From Smithellaceae bacterium (GTDB lineage Bacteria > Desulfobacterota > Syntrophia > Syntrophales > Smithellaceae): a stretch of DNA of 64,000 nt. The notes under the pieces were generated by a model. It was given only the letters and a program-made list of their open reading frames with translations, ran no database searches and was not told the DNA's origin. Both the position numbers and the translations under genes were made by a program. Below are positions 48,298 to 59,236 of this stretch, piece after piece. Position 1 is the stretch's first letter; the number at the start of each line of letters is the position of its first letter. The DNA is taken from positions 320,001-384,000 of the forward strand of contig CAXXVL010000001.1 of NCBI GenBank assembly GCA_963667845.2. The letters are read 5' to 3'.

Positions 48298-49962
48298 GTG
48301 GAAAACAGACCCTGGCAGAAATTATACGATTTCAATGTGCCGAAGAGCATTCGCTACCCCAGAGTGCCCATACAGAATTTATTCCATCTGACCGCCGCCA
48401 CATTTCCCGATAAGGCAGCGCTCAGCATGGGCGGAAGCGAGCTGACCTTCTGGCAATTGCGGGAGCAGATGCTGCGTCTGGCCAATGCCCTCGGGAAAAT
48501 GGGTATTGGGAAAGGTGATCGGGTGGGGCTGCACATGCCCAACTGTCCGCAGTTCGTCATTGCGTACCTGGCCACCCTTTCCGTCGGGGCCATCGTGGTG
48601 AACATGAATCCCCAGTATACCCGCGAAGAACTCAAATTCATCATGGAGAATACGACGATGACGGCGCTCGTTACGTCTGATGCCTCGCTTTCCGTCATCC
48701 GGCCGCTGGCCGAGGAAGTTGGGCTTAAAAAGGTGATCGTAACCAGCATCAAGGATTATATGGCTGAAGCAGTCAGGACTACTTCCCACAGCCTTGATCT
48801 GGAGGAAGGTTGGGCGCATTTCTCCGAACTGATTGCGGGATGTTCCGATACGGGACTTCCCAAAATACCCTTTGTTCCACAGGATCCCGCCGTTATCCAA
48901 TTCACGGGCGGTACGACCGGGGTGCCCAAGGGAGCTGTCCTGACCCACGCCAATGTCGTGGCTGCTGTTTTTCAAGCGACGCAATGGGCGAACCCCGTTC
49001 TGGAAAGAATCCCGTATGCGCAGCGGACCGTCGCGGGTGTTATCCCGTATTTCCATGTCTATGGGGCCGTTTGCTGCATGAATTGCGGGCTCTATTCCGG
49101 TTCTACACAATACCTCATGCCCCGCTTCGACCTTGATGAACTCATGGACCTGATTGCCAAGCTGAACCATATTACTTTTTTCCCGGCTGTCCCGACGATG
49201 ATCACGGCCATTGTCAATCATCCCCAAGCGGACAGGCTCGATCTCGGGAAAAAAATCGGCGTTCTCAATTCCGGCGGCGCCCCTATGCCCGCCGAACTTA
49301 TCGATCGCGTGAAAGACATGGGGATCTTCTTTTGCGAAGGTTGGGGAATGAGTGAAACCACATCCACCGGGACATCTAACCCGTTCATGGCCAACAGGGT
49401 TGGATCTATCGGCATCCCCGTCCCGGATAATATCGTCAGACTCATGGATGTAGTAACCGGCGGAGAAGATGTTAAACCGGGCGAGCCGGGGGAAATCATC
49501 ATCAAGGGGCCTGCCGTCATGCAGGGCTACTGGAACAATCCGGAAGAGACGGAGAAACAATTGAAAGACGGCTGGCTCAGTACGGGCGATATCGCTGTTG
49601 CCGATGAGGACGGTTATCTTTACATCGTGGATCGAAAGAAAGACATGATTATCGCCGGCGGCTTCAACATCTATCCCCGGGAAGTGGATGAGGTGCTGTA
49701 CCGGCATCCCAAGGTAAGTGAGGCGATCACTGTCGGGATTCCGGACGCGTACCGCGGGGAAACGCTCAAGGCTTATATAGTTCTGAAACCAGGTGAGGCC
49801 GTGACGGATAAAGAGATTATCGCCTTCTGCAGGGAAAAGCTGACCGCCTATAAGGTGCCGAAGCTCGTTGAATTCCGGACGGAGCTGCCTAAATCGGCGG
49901 TTGGCAAAATTCTCCGGAAGATGCTGCGAGAAGAGGAAGCTGCAAAAGGACAGAGGATTTGA
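48298..49962 (+). CDS. Long-chain-fatty-acid--CoA ligase (paralogue of 34926-36596)
   Basis: QFTGGTTGVPKG, EGWGMSE, TGDIA, DRKKDMI. Confidence 0.92.
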   Translation: MENRPWQKLYDFNVPKSIRYPRVPIQNLFHLTAATFPDKAALSMGGSELTFWQLREQMLRLANALGKMGIGKGDRVGLHMPNCPQFVIAYLATLSVGAIVVNMNPQYTREELKFIMENTTMTALVTSDASLSVIRPLAEEVGLKKVIVTSIKDYMAEAVRTTSHSLDLEEGWAHFSELIAGCSDTGLPKIPFVPQDPAVIQFTGGTTGVPKGAVLTHANVVAAVFQATQWANPVLERIPYAQRTVAGVIPYFHVYGAVCCMNCGLYSGSTQYLMPRFDLDELMDLIAKLNHITFFPAVPTMITAIVNHPQADRLDLGKKIGVLNSGGAPMPAELIDRVKDMGIFFCEGWGMSETTSTGTSNPFMANRVGSIGIPVPDNIVRLMDVVTGGEDVKPGEPGEIIIKGPAVMQGYWNNPEETEKQLKDGWLSTGDIAVADEDGYLYIVDRKKDMIIAGGFNIYPREVDEVLYRHPKVSEAITVGIPDAYRGETLKAYIVLKPGEAVTDKEIIAFCREKLTAYKVPKLVEFRTELPKSAVGKILRKMLREEEAAKGQRI

Positions 49963-49968
49963 TCAAGC

Positions 49969-50835
49969 ATGCAATGGAAAACCAGAATAACGGAATTGCT
50001 CCAGTGTCGGTATCCGATTCTGCAGGGCGCAACGGAGACAATCGGGACATGGCCGTTTGCCGCCGCCGTCGCTGAATCGGGTGCGCACGGAACCATTACC
50101 GCATCAATCTGCAAAACACCGGAAAGGCTGCGCGACGATATCAGGAAGTGCCGCAACGCAACAGCTGGATCATTCGGCGTCAATTTAAGCATAGGGCTAT
50201 GCCCCCGCATTGATGAAATGCTGGAGGTGTGCATCGAAGAGAGGGTTCCGATCGAAACATCAATTTACAAGCCCGATGCTTTGGCGAAGCGCATCAAGGA
50301 ATCGAAATTACCCTGGATTCATAAATCGGCCCGGATCAAGGATGCCGTCCATGCCCGGGAAGCAGGAGTGGACGCGGTCATCCTGGTTGGCGCCGAAGGC
50401 GCCGGCATCAAGAATCCGGAACAGCTGCCGACCCTGACGACCATCCTGTGGGGCGTCCGGGAATTAAAAATACCGGTGATCGCCGCGGGGGGTATCGGAG
50501 ATGCCCACAGTTTTTTTGCGGCTCTCACTCTCGGGGCGGAAGGCGTAACGATGGGAAGCGCATTTATGGCCACCCGGGAATGTCCGATCGGCGATGAGTT
50601 CAAGGAACGAATGCTGAAACTGAGACTGGACGATCCTGCTTTCCGCAGCCGCGTGCTGACTCCGGCGCCTTTTGACAGAAGCGCAATGAACCGGCCCTCG
50701 CCCGATCAGATAGACTGGAGCGAGGCCGCCTCGTTTGCCGTGACCTCGATTGACCGGATACTCAGAGTAAAAGAGCTTGTCGAAAACATCATCCGGGGGG
50801 CCGAGGAGATCCGGAGCCGCTACGGCCTGAAATAG
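49969..50835 (+). CDS. Nitronate monooxygenase / FabK-like flavoprotein
   Basis: TRITELL..RYPILQG, FGVNL, IAAGGIGD, MGSAFMATRE. Confidence 0.85.
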   Translation: MQWKTRITELLQCRYPILQGATETIGTWPFAAAVAESGAHGTITASICKTPERLRDDIRKCRNATAGSFGVNLSIGLCPRIDEMLEVCIEERVPIETSIYKPDALAKRIKESKLPWIHKSARIKDAVHAREAGVDAVILVGAEGAGIKNPEQLPTLTTILWGVRELKIPVIAAGGIGDAHSFFAALTLGAEGVTMGSAFMATRECPIGDEFKERMLKLRLDDPAFRSRVLTPAPFDRSAMNRPSPDQIDWSEAASFAVTSIDRILRVKELVENIIRGAEEIRSRYGLK

Positions 50836-50862
50836 AATAAATACGATTTAAGGAGATACGAA

Positions 50863-52389
50863 ATGGAACATTATCCGTGGTGGAGTGAAGCGCAAAGCCG
50901 GCTGGCCGAGGACGCGAAGAAATTTGTGGACGACGTGCTGATGCCGGTGGGCATGCGCAGTATTGCAAAAAATGAATTCACCCGGGAGGCTTCGAAGCTG
51001 ATGGCCGGGCAGGATTGGTTTGGCGCCCTGGTCCCGAAAAAATACGGCGGCCATTTTGAAGATTGGGGTGTGACGGGTGCGGCGATTCTCAACGAGGAAG
51101 CCGCCCGCGCCGGTGTGGTCGGTCCGCTGGGCACAACCATGTTCGGAAGCGCGACGCAGCTTCTGCACAACGGCAACGAGGAGCAAAAACAGAAGTGGCT
51201 GCCAAAAATGGCCAAAGGAGAGCTTCTGGGATGTATCACCATGACGGAACCCTACGCGGGCTCCGACATCGCGTCCATTGAATCGACGGCCGTGCGCGAC
51301 GGCGACGAGTATATCATCAACGGGAAAAAGAGATTTCAAACGACTGCGGCGGCCGATCTTTACCTGTGTTATTTCCGGACCAGCCAAAAACCCGAAGATC
51401 GGGCGGCCTACCGGCATCTGAGCGCTTTTGTCGTGGAGAAAGGCGCCCCCGGCTTCCATATCGAGAAGGTCAATGACATGATCGGCATGTTCGGCAACTA
51501 CAACGGCAACCTGACATTCGATCAGGCCAGGATTCCCGCCTTCAACCGTCTGGGAAACGAAGGCGACGGATGGAAGATCATGATGAGCGGCCTGAATGTC
51601 GAAAGGATTTTGAATGCCGCGCCGATCCTGGGCATGATGCGCGAGTGCATACGGTACACGCAACAGCACCTGGAAAGGCGGCTGCAGTTCGGCCGTCCCA
51701 CCGGCGATATCGCCACGAATCAATTCAAGCTCGCGGATATGATTTCGAAGCTCTACCTCAGCAGACTGGTGATGTATTATTCATGCCACTGCATCGACCT
51801 GGGACGGGAAATTCCTGTGGAAGCCGCCGTCTCCAAGCTCTTTGCTGCCGATTCGCTGATGGAGACGGCATTGGAAGCCATCCAGTGCATGGGCGGAAAC
51901 GGCGCCCTGAAGATCTATCCCGTGCAGCGCATCATGCAGGATGCCAAACTGACGCAGATTGCCGCCGGAACTTCGGAAGTGCTGAAGCTGCTCATCTATC
52001 GCCAGGGCACCAGGCGAATGAAAGACGATTTAAAAGTACCGCAGCGGATGGTCGATCCGGACCTGAAGGTTCCGTTGCCTGTCGGGAAACCACCGGCCCG
52101 TAAGGCAGCCCGAAGCGAAGCCGATGTGCTGGAAATTCTGGCCGAGAATTACCGGGTGAATCCCGGACTGCACATGACCATGGACGATATCCGGGAATGG
52201 CTCGAGATCACGGATGCGGACCTCACGAAATACCTGGAAGCCCTGGAAGCCCAGGGAAAGGCCGGCCTGTATCGCACGCGCCAGGGCATTGCGCTGGCCA
52301 GAGTTACCCTGGACGGAATTCAGCAGGCGCATCCGCCGGAATACTACCGCTATATCCCGCAGTGGGCGGACCCCGGGGACATGTTTTAG
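50863..52389 (+). CDS. Acyl-CoA dehydrogenase with C-terminal winged-helix-like extension (paralogue of 28631-30160)
   Basis: Same motifs and the same C-terminal extension as 28631-30160. Confidence 0.9.
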   Translation: MEHYPWWSEAQSRLAEDAKKFVDDVLMPVGMRSIAKNEFTREASKLMAGQDWFGALVPKKYGGHFEDWGVTGAAILNEEAARAGVVGPLGTTMFGSATQLLHNGNEEQKQKWLPKMAKGELLGCITMTEPYAGSDIASIESTAVRDGDEYIINGKKRFQTTAAADLYLCYFRTSQKPEDRAAYRHLSAFVVEKGAPGFHIEKVNDMIGMFGNYNGNLTFDQARIPAFNRLGNEGDGWKIMMSGLNVERILNAAPILGMMRECIRYTQQHLERRLQFGRPTGDIATNQFKLADMISKLYLSRLVMYYSCHCIDLGREIPVEAAVSKLFAADSLMETALEAIQCMGGNGALKIYPVQRIMQDAKLTQIAAGTSEVLKLLIYRQGTRRMKDDLKVPQRMVDPDLKVPLPVGKPPARKAARSEADVLEILAENYRVNPGLHMTMDDIREWLEITDADLTKYLEALEAQGKAGLYRTRQGIALARVTLDGIQQAHPPEYYRYIPQWADPGDMF

Positions 52390-52456
52390 CCGCTGATCAG
52401 TCAATGGCAGGAAGAACGAATTCAAGATATTTCTTAGCTGAAAGGAGATTTAACTA

Positions 52457-54100
52457 ATGGAAAGAATCTGGATGAAAAACTGGCCGAAAGGCGTATCCAC
52501 CACGCTCCAATATCGTCTGGGCGAGAAGCCGCTGCACGAGTACGTGCAGGCGAACGCTGCGGAATTCCCTCAAAAACCGGCCTACATCTTCTACGGCCGG
52601 GAGATCACTTGGGGGGAATTGGGCGAATCGATCAAGCGCTTTGCGAACTATCTCGCCGGAATCGGTATCGTAAAAGGGGACCGGGTCGCCGTTTTCATGC
52701 AGAACTGCCCTCAGTATATCATCGCCCATTTCGCCATCCAGACTCTGGGTGCGATCGTGACCCCCTGCAGCGCCATGTTCAAGGAATGGGAGCTGGAGTA
52801 CGAGCTCAACGACGCCGGGGCCCGGGTGATGGTCACGACGGACGATCTGTACCCCATTGTCGAGAAGGTCCGCGCGAAGACATCCCTTGAGGCCGTGGTG
52901 GTCACGAATTACCGGGATTTTGTGCCGGCTGTTCCGTTGCTCCCCCTTCCGGACGAACTGAAACAGGAAAAGAAGCTCTGCCCGGACACCGAGGACTTTA
53001 TGGACATCCTGAAGCGCCATCCCGCCGAGGTGCCGGAAGTGGCGATCGATGTCTGGAATGACGTATCCATGATGATCTATACCTCCGGGACAACGGGACA
53101 ACCCAAGGGGGCCATGCTGACCTACGGCAACGCCCTCTCCACGGTCGCTTCCACGACCCAGTTCAAGAATTTTCAAATGGACGAGATCATCATATCCGTG
53201 ATGCCGCTTTTCCATATCGCCGGAAATGTCGCGGGCCTCTGCACTCCGGTCTACTCCGGTTGCACGACCGTCCTTATGACCCGCTTCGATCCGGTGGCGA
53301 TCGTGGAAGCCTTTGCCCGCTACCGCTGCACGGGCTGGTATTCCGTTACCCCCATGCTGCTCGCCATCATGGCGCTTCCGGAAGCGAAGAAGGTCGACTG
53401 GAGCTGCTTGCGCTCCACGACCTGCACGAGCTTCGGGATTCCCCTGACGGAAGAGATCGCGAAACGATGGGAAGCCTTCACGGGAAGCCCGGTGACGGAG
53501 AGCGGTTACGGGCTGACAGAGACCCATACGGCGGACACATGCATACCGGACCGCGTGAAATGGGGTTCCAACGGGATTCCGACTATCGAGATGGATCTGC
53601 GCATCATGGATCCCGAAACCGGGAAGGAACTGGGCGTCAATGAAAAGGGAGAGATCGTTATCCGGAATCGCGGGGTCTTCAAAGGCTACTGGAAAAATCC
53701 CGAAAGGACGGCGGAGACCCTGCGGGACGGCTGGGTGTACACGGGGGATATCGGCTATGTCGATGAAGACGGGTACTTGTGGTTCCAGGGCAGGATCAAG
53801 GAGATGATCAAGTGCACGGGGTATGCCGTTTTCCCCGAAGACGTGGAAGTCATGCTGGTCAGGCACCCCGCCGTGTCCCAGGCGGCGGTGATCGGCATTC
53901 CCGATCCGGCGAGGGGAGAGAGCATAAAGGCCTTCATCGTCCTCAAGCCGGAGTACAAAGGCAAAGTTACGGAAGACGAGATCATCGCCTGGTCGAAGGA
54001 AAAGATGGCTGCCTATAAATATCCCAGGGCGGTGGAATTTCGGGACAGTTTGCCCGCGACCGGTGCGGGAAAGGTTTTGCGGCGGCTGCTGAAAGATTAA
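52457..54100 (+). CDS. AMP-binding acyl-CoA synthetase
   Basis: YTSGTTGQPKG, GYGLTE, TGDIG, GRIKEMIK, LPATGAGK. Confidence 0.92.
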   Translation: MERIWMKNWPKGVSTTLQYRLGEKPLHEYVQANAAEFPQKPAYIFYGREITWGELGESIKRFANYLAGIGIVKGDRVAVFMQNCPQYIIAHFAIQTLGAIVTPCSAMFKEWELEYELNDAGARVMVTTDDLYPIVEKVRAKTSLEAVVVTNYRDFVPAVPLLPLPDELKQEKKLCPDTEDFMDILKRHPAEVPEVAIDVWNDVSMMIYTSGTTGQPKGAMLTYGNALSTVASTTQFKNFQMDEIIISVMPLFHIAGNVAGLCTPVYSGCTTVLMTRFDPVAIVEAFARYRCTGWYSVTPMLLAIMALPEAKKVDWSCLRSTTCTSFGIPLTEEIAKRWEAFTGSPVTESGYGLTETHTADTCIPDRVKWGSNGIPTIEMDLRIMDPETGKELGVNEKGEIVIRNRGVFKGYWKNPERTAETLRDGWVYTGDIGYVDEDGYLWFQGRIKEMIKCTGYAVFPEDVEVMLVRHPAVSQAAVIGIPDPARGESIKAFIVLKPEYKGKVTEDEIIAWSKEKMAAYKYPRAVEFRDSLPATGAGKVLRRLLKD

Positions 54101-54151
54101 AAAAAGGTATCAAGGATTTATTCAGAATCCAATTCACAAAGGTAATCCGTT

Positions 54152-55714
54152 ATGGCTTTCGACAAAGAACTTACAGAATTACAGCAGAGGAAAGAGAGGG
54201 CTCTCCAGATGGGAGGGCCCAAGAAGATAAAAATTCAGCATGACCAGGGCAAGCTGACGGCCCGGGAGCGGATTGCCCGCCTCCTCGATCCGGGCACTTT
54301 TTTCGAAGTGGGTATGCTGAACCATTCCGATATGCCCGGCATGGAAGACAAAACCCCGGCCGACAGCAAGATCGGCGGATACGGGAAGATCGATGGCCGG
54401 ACGGTCGGGGTTGCCGCGAACGATTTCACGGTCCTGGCGGCGACGTCCAGCCGTGTGGCCGGTCGCAAAGAAGGGGACGTAAAGAGAACATCCGTCAGCA
54501 AGGGGTTTCCGCTGATCTATCTGGGGGAAGCCGGCGGAGCCCGAATGCCCGACATTATGGGGGCCAAGGGTTTGGCCTCCTTCGGGGGCGGCGGATTCGA
54601 CACCTATGCGGTGGGATTAAGCCGGGTGCGCAAGGCGCCCATGGTGGCCGCCATCATGGGGGAATGCTACGGCGCCCCGACGTGGATGGCCTGCCTGGCC
54701 GATTTTGTCGTGCAGGTAAAGGGAAGCGCCATGGGGGTTTCCGGGCCCCGGGTCCTGGAACTTGCCATTGGCCAGAGAGTCACGGATGAGGAACTCGGCG
54801 GGTGGAAAGTACACGCCGAGATTACGGGGAACATCGATCGGGTTGCGGAAAACGACGAAGATTGCCTGGCGATCATCCGGGAATATCTCTCCTACATGCC
54901 TTCACACTGTGAAGAGCTCCCTCCCAGCAAATCCGTGCCCGAGGGTTCCGGAAGCAGCATGGACAGGATCCTCGATTTACTGCCGGAGAAACGGAAGCGG
55001 GTTTACGACATGAACAAGATCCTCAGGACTGTTGTAGACGGAGGAATCCTCTTCCCGCTCAAGCCTCTTTTCGCGAAGAGCGTGATCACGTCTCTGGCGC
55101 GGATGGGCGGCGAGGTCGTGGGGATCGTAGCCAACCAGCCGCTTCACATTTCAGGGGCGCTGGATACGGACGGCATCGACAAAGTGATCAGTTTCCTGGT
55201 CCTCTGTGACACTTACAATATCCCGCTGCTCTTCTTCGAGGACGTTCCGGGATTCCTGGTCGGCAAAGATGCGGAGCGGAACCGGGTGGGAGCCCGGGTC
55301 ATGAACTTCATAAACGCTCTGGCACAAGTAACCGTGCCAAAAATCACGGTGATCATCAGGAAAGCTTACGGAAAGGCTTTCTGGAACATGGCGGGTTCGG
55401 GCATGCGGACGGATTTCATCGTGGCCTGGCCCACTGCGGAAATGAGCTTTGTTGCGCCCGAGATCGCGGCGAACGTCGTTTTTGCCGGAAAGATAGAAAA
55501 TTCTCCGGAACTGGCGACTCAGAAGGATGATTTTGTGAAGCAGATGATCCTGGACAGCGCGCCCTATTCAGCGGCCGGGATGCATTACATCCACGACGTG
55601 ATCGATCCGCGAGAAACGCGAGACTATATCATCCGGGGGCTTGATATCGCCCGCGACCGGCGCAGGGGGGGCATCGGTCAGCACTTGCTCGCCAATTGGC
55701 CGACAAAATTTTAG
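54152..55714 (+). CDS. Acyl-CoA carboxylase/decarboxylase carboxyltransferase subunit
   Basis: GKLTARERI, GGARM, GIVANQ, DVPGFLVG, RKAYG, IDPRETR. Confidence 0.9.
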   Translation: MAFDKELTELQQRKERALQMGGPKKIKIQHDQGKLTARERIARLLDPGTFFEVGMLNHSDMPGMEDKTPADSKIGGYGKIDGRTVGVAANDFTVLAATSSRVAGRKEGDVKRTSVSKGFPLIYLGEAGGARMPDIMGAKGLASFGGGGFDTYAVGLSRVRKAPMVAAIMGECYGAPTWMACLADFVVQVKGSAMGVSGPRVLELAIGQRVTDEELGGWKVHAEITGNIDRVAENDEDCLAIIREYLSYMPSHCEELPPSKSVPEGSGSSMDRILDLLPEKRKRVYDMNKILRTVVDGGILFPLKPLFAKSVITSLARMGGEVVGIVANQPLHISGALDTDGIDKVISFLVLCDTYNIPLLFFEDVPGFLVGKDAERNRVGARVMNFINALAQVTVPKITVIIRKAYGKAFWNMAGSGMRTDFIVAWPTAEMSFVAPEIAANVVFAGKIENSPELATQKDDFVKQMILDSAPYSAAGMHYIHDVIDPRETRDYIIRGLDIARDRRRGGIGQHLLANWPTKF

Positions 55715-55983
55715 GAGAGTCAAAAAAATTTTGACGTGGTTTGCTCATTGACCCCCGATAAGCTGTCAAGAGCCAGACCCTCCACGATGGAGATGGGAAA
55801 GGCCCAAAGAAGATTTCACATCTACAGAGAAGAGCAACCGGCAGGAACGGGCGAAGGGGCAGGGGAAAACCCGAACGCATCGGAAGTTGTTTCGATCCGG
55901 TGAGTGATGTTTTTTCTCTTCCCGTAAATAATGGGTGTCATACCCTTGGTCATTCAAAATTCGTTCAAAAAAGGAGATGGATT

Positions 55984-57453
55984 ATGCAGCGCTTCGGCAC
56001 AGGTAAAAAAACATGGTTTGCAATGGTTCTGCTTGTCTTCATTTTTGCGCTCAGCCTGGACACCGTCCTTGCTGCGCCACAAAAATCGGACAAGAAAGCC
56101 GCAGAAAAACATACAGTCACGGCAGCGACCGGCATGCGCTTCGAGAACTTCCCCGACATGTCCGATTTCGATCCGAGCAATCCGGTCATCCCCACCGGGG
56201 ATACCATCAAAATCGCAATTGTCGGATCTTTTTCCGGACCGGCCGCCATCACCGGCCAGCTCTACTTCATGTCAACGCAATGGGCGGCGCACGCCATCAA
56301 CAAGAAGGGCGGAATCCTTGTGGACGGGAAGAAGAAGCTGATCGAGGTTATCAAGGCGGACCACATGGGCAAGCCGGATCAATGTAAAAAAGTTGCTGAA
56401 AGGATGGTTCTCCAGGAGAAGGTCGATTTCATGATCGGGTCCGACGGCAGCCACTACCAGAAGATCATTAATGAAACTGCAGGCAAATACAAGATCATCG
56501 CCGTGAGCGTCTTTGCCAGCTCCGACGATATACTGGACGCCGCGAATTTCAACCGTTATGCCTTCCAGACGGCTTTCTCGACCGAGCAGATGGGACGCGG
56601 GATGGCGTACTTTTACGGCCAGATCCGCAAGAAAGAGAAGAGATTCTATATCCTGAACCAGGACTATTCCTTTGGCCGGGGCCTGGCCGAGGGGTTCAAG
56701 AAAGGCCTGAAGGAATACTATCCCGAGGCGCAGGTTTTGGGTGAAGACTATCACAAGCTCTTCCTGACCGATTATGCGCCCTACCTGACCAAGATCAAGG
56801 CCGCCGGCGCAGAAGTCATTTACACGGGTGACTGGTCCCCGGATTCGTCAAACCTCCTGAAGCAGGCCCGCCAGATGGGCATCAATCTCCCCTTTGCCAA
56901 TATTTACATGGATGATCCCAATGCCCTTGGCGCAGTCGGCATCGAAGGGACGAAAGGACTGATCAACATCACCCAGTACGGCGCAGAAAACCCGATATTC
57001 AAGACGGAAGCAGATAAGAAATACTACCAGATGTGGCACAAGCTCTGGGAAACGAAGTGGAAAGCGCCCTACAATACGACGCTGTATCAGTATCCCTGGA
57101 GCAACATCGGCTCCTGGACCGAACAGGTGCTGTGGCTCTTCTCCATTATCGAACGGGCCGGAACGACCAGCGCCGAAAAGATCATTCCGCTTTGGGAGGG
57201 GGACACGTTCAAATTCATGAACGGGAAGATCCTGACGATGCGCGCGTGCGACCACAAGGCCATTCAGGACCTTCATATTTATGAATACGTCTCACCCGAG
57301 GAGCAGAAGCAAAGCATGAATATGCCGCCGTACTACTGGACCAAGGACAGCGCCAACAGGGGGCCGGTCTATAAGATTCCCGCGGCGAAAGTCCTGCCCT
57401 GGATGGACCAGAAGCTGGACCGCTGCAAGGGAAAGAACGACTGGGGAAAATAG
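55984..57453 (+). CDS. ABC transporter substrate-binding protein (PBP1 type), paralogue 2 of 3
   Basis: Close similarity to 40905-42344; ends DQKLDRCKGKNDWGK. Confidence 0.85.
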   Translation: MQRFGTGKKTWFAMVLLVFIFALSLDTVLAAPQKSDKKAAEKHTVTAATGMRFENFPDMSDFDPSNPVIPTGDTIKIAIVGSFSGPAAITGQLYFMSTQWAAHAINKKGGILVDGKKKLIEVIKADHMGKPDQCKKVAERMVLQEKVDFMIGSDGSHYQKIINETAGKYKIIAVSVFASSDDILDAANFNRYAFQTAFSTEQMGRGMAYFYGQIRKKEKRFYILNQDYSFGRGLAEGFKKGLKEYYPEAQVLGEDYHKLFLTDYAPYLTKIKAAGAEVIYTGDWSPDSSNLLKQARQMGINLPFANIYMDDPNALGAVGIEGTKGLINITQYGAENPIFKTEADKKYYQMWHKLWETKWKAPYNTTLYQYPWSNIGSWTEQVLWLFSIIERAGTTSAEKIIPLWEGDTFKFMNGKILTMRACDHKAIQDLHIYEYVSPEEQKQSMNMPPYYWTKDSANRGPVYKIPAAKVLPWMDQKLDRCKGKNDWGK

Positions 57454-57459
57454 CTTTTA

Positions 57460-57507
57460 GTGTTGCGGGCGCTTTCACGCTCTGCCGGGTGAAACGCCCG
57501 CAACACC
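57460..57507 (+). terminator. Long hairpin downstream of the binding-protein gene
   Basis: GTGTTGCGGGCG-c-TTTCAC...GTGAAA-CGCCCGCAACAC. Confidence 0.5.
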
Positions 57508-57756
57508 ATCCATTATGGCCGCTTTGAAATGAAAGCAAAGACCGGGGGTGTTCATGTGAGTGAGAGACTTCGGCTGCGAAACTCACCGCCGATCGGACGA
57601 GTCGTCTGTTCGTCGTATGCATTCCGCCGTCCGCCTTGGGCAGACTGAGGGAGCAAGCAGGCGTGGGGAATCGGAAGATTCTCCGGGTCTGCTCCGGAGA
57701 GTTGTAATTCCTAAAATACGAGAAACGAACATCAAAAAGAAAAGGAGTATGGATCT

Positions 57757-59226
57757 ATGAAAGGTTGTAAAGGGATTATCATTTTTATCGGTGTATTTTC
57801 ATTTTTGTTTCTGACTCTATATGGTCCTTCGGCAGCGTCGGCCGCCAAGGCGGAACGGAAATCCGCCAAGGCGGAAGCGGAGTCGAACAAGATGGGAAAG
57901 GTGAACGCATCGTTTGATGCGAATAAAATTTCAGACATGTCTGGTTTCGATCCGGCCACATGGGTCAACCCGGAAGGAGACACAATTAAGATCGCCTACG
58001 TGAACGCCTTCTCCGGGCCGGGGGCGATCAACGGGCAGATCCACATCGTGCCGGTGATGTTCGCCGTTTATGACATTAACAAGCGCGGGGGAATCTGGGT
58101 CGATGGCAAGAAAAAACTGATTACGCTCATTAAAGCCGACCATATGTCCAAGCCGGATCAATGCAAAAAAATCTGTGAAAGAATGGTCCTGCAAGAGAAG
58201 GTTCACATCCTGATGGGCACCTCTGGCAGCCATCTGATGAAGATCATCAACGATGTGGCGAACAAGTACAAGGTCATCGCCATCAACGATGGCACCCTCG
58301 CCGATGAGCTGATGGACGCCACCAACTTTGGACGGTATTCCTTCATGCCCTCCATTTCCACGGAACCGGTCGGGCGCGGCCTGGCCTATTATTACGGTCA
58401 GCGCAATAAAGAGAAGAAGTTCTACATTCTGTGCCAGGACTACTCTTACGGCCATGACATGGCGGAAAGTTTCAAAAAAGGTCTCAAGGAATATTATCCG
58501 GAAGCACAGATCGTCGGGGAAGACTACCATAAGCTCTTCCTGACCGATTATGCTCCTTATCTGACCAAGATCAAGGCCTCGGGCGCCGAGGTCATCTACA
58601 CGGGCGACTGGCCCCCTGATACCGGCAATCTCCTGAAGCAAGCGAGGCAATTGGGCGTCAAGCTCCCGTTCGCCAATATATTCATGAACGAGCCCAATGA
58701 ACTCCATGAGGTCGGCATCGAAGGGACCAAGGGGCTGGTGAACCTCGACCAGCATGAAACGGCCCCTTTGTTTAAAGAACCCGGGCGGGCCAAACTGTAC
58801 CGCGTCTGGCATGACCAGTGGAAAAAATGGAAGGTGGCGCCCTACAACAGCCGGCTCTTTGAGCATCTCACTTCAAACACTGGAGCCTATGCGATGTATA
58901 CGTATTGGCTGCTCAGCGTGATCGAACGGGCCAAAAGCACCGATCCGGAAAAGATCGTAAAAGTCTGGGAAGGTGACACGTATCGGATGGCGAACGGCAA
59001 GATCATTAAGATGCGGGCTTGCGATCATAAGAGCATCCAGGATTTACTCGTGTCCGAGTTCGTACCGCCGGAGGAGCAGAAAGTGTCGTTCAACATTCCG
59101 CCGTATTATTGGTTCAAAGGCATCTCGTATGCCGGTAAGGGCTTAGTGATCCCCGCGGCAAAGGTTCTTCCCAAAATGGATCAGAAACTTGATCGCTGTG
59201 CGGGAAAGGATGATTGGGGTGAATAA
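57757..59226 (+). CDS. ABC transporter substrate-binding protein (PBP1 type), paralogue 3 of 3
   Basis: Close similarity to 40905-42344; ends DQKLDRCAGKDDWGE. Confidence 0.85.
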   Translation: MKGCKGIIIFIGVFSFLFLTLYGPSAASAAKAERKSAKAEAESNKMGKVNASFDANKISDMSGFDPATWVNPEGDTIKIAYVNAFSGPGAINGQIHIVPVMFAVYDINKRGGIWVDGKKKLITLIKADHMSKPDQCKKICERMVLQEKVHILMGTSGSHLMKIINDVANKYKVIAINDGTLADELMDATNFGRYSFMPSISTEPVGRGLAYYYGQRNKEKKFYILCQDYSYGHDMAESFKKGLKEYYPEAQIVGEDYHKLFLTDYAPYLTKIKASGAEVIYTGDWPPDTGNLLKQARQLGVKLPFANIFMNEPNELHEVGIEGTKGLVNLDQHETAPLFKEPGRAKLYRVWHDQWKKWKVAPYNSRLFEHLTSNTGAYAMYTYWLLSVIERAKSTDPEKIVKVWEGDTYRMANGKIIKMRACDHKSIQDLLVSEFVPPEEQKVSFNIPPYYWFKGISYAGKGLVIPAAKVLPKMDQKLDRCAGKDDWGE

Positions 59227-59236
59227 GGAGTTTAGC

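Noticed and set aside
55780..55900. Fluoride or other riboswitch in the long leader (GGAGATGG)
   Set aside because: The complementary stem and downstream conserved nucleotides are not found, and the downstream gene is unrelated.
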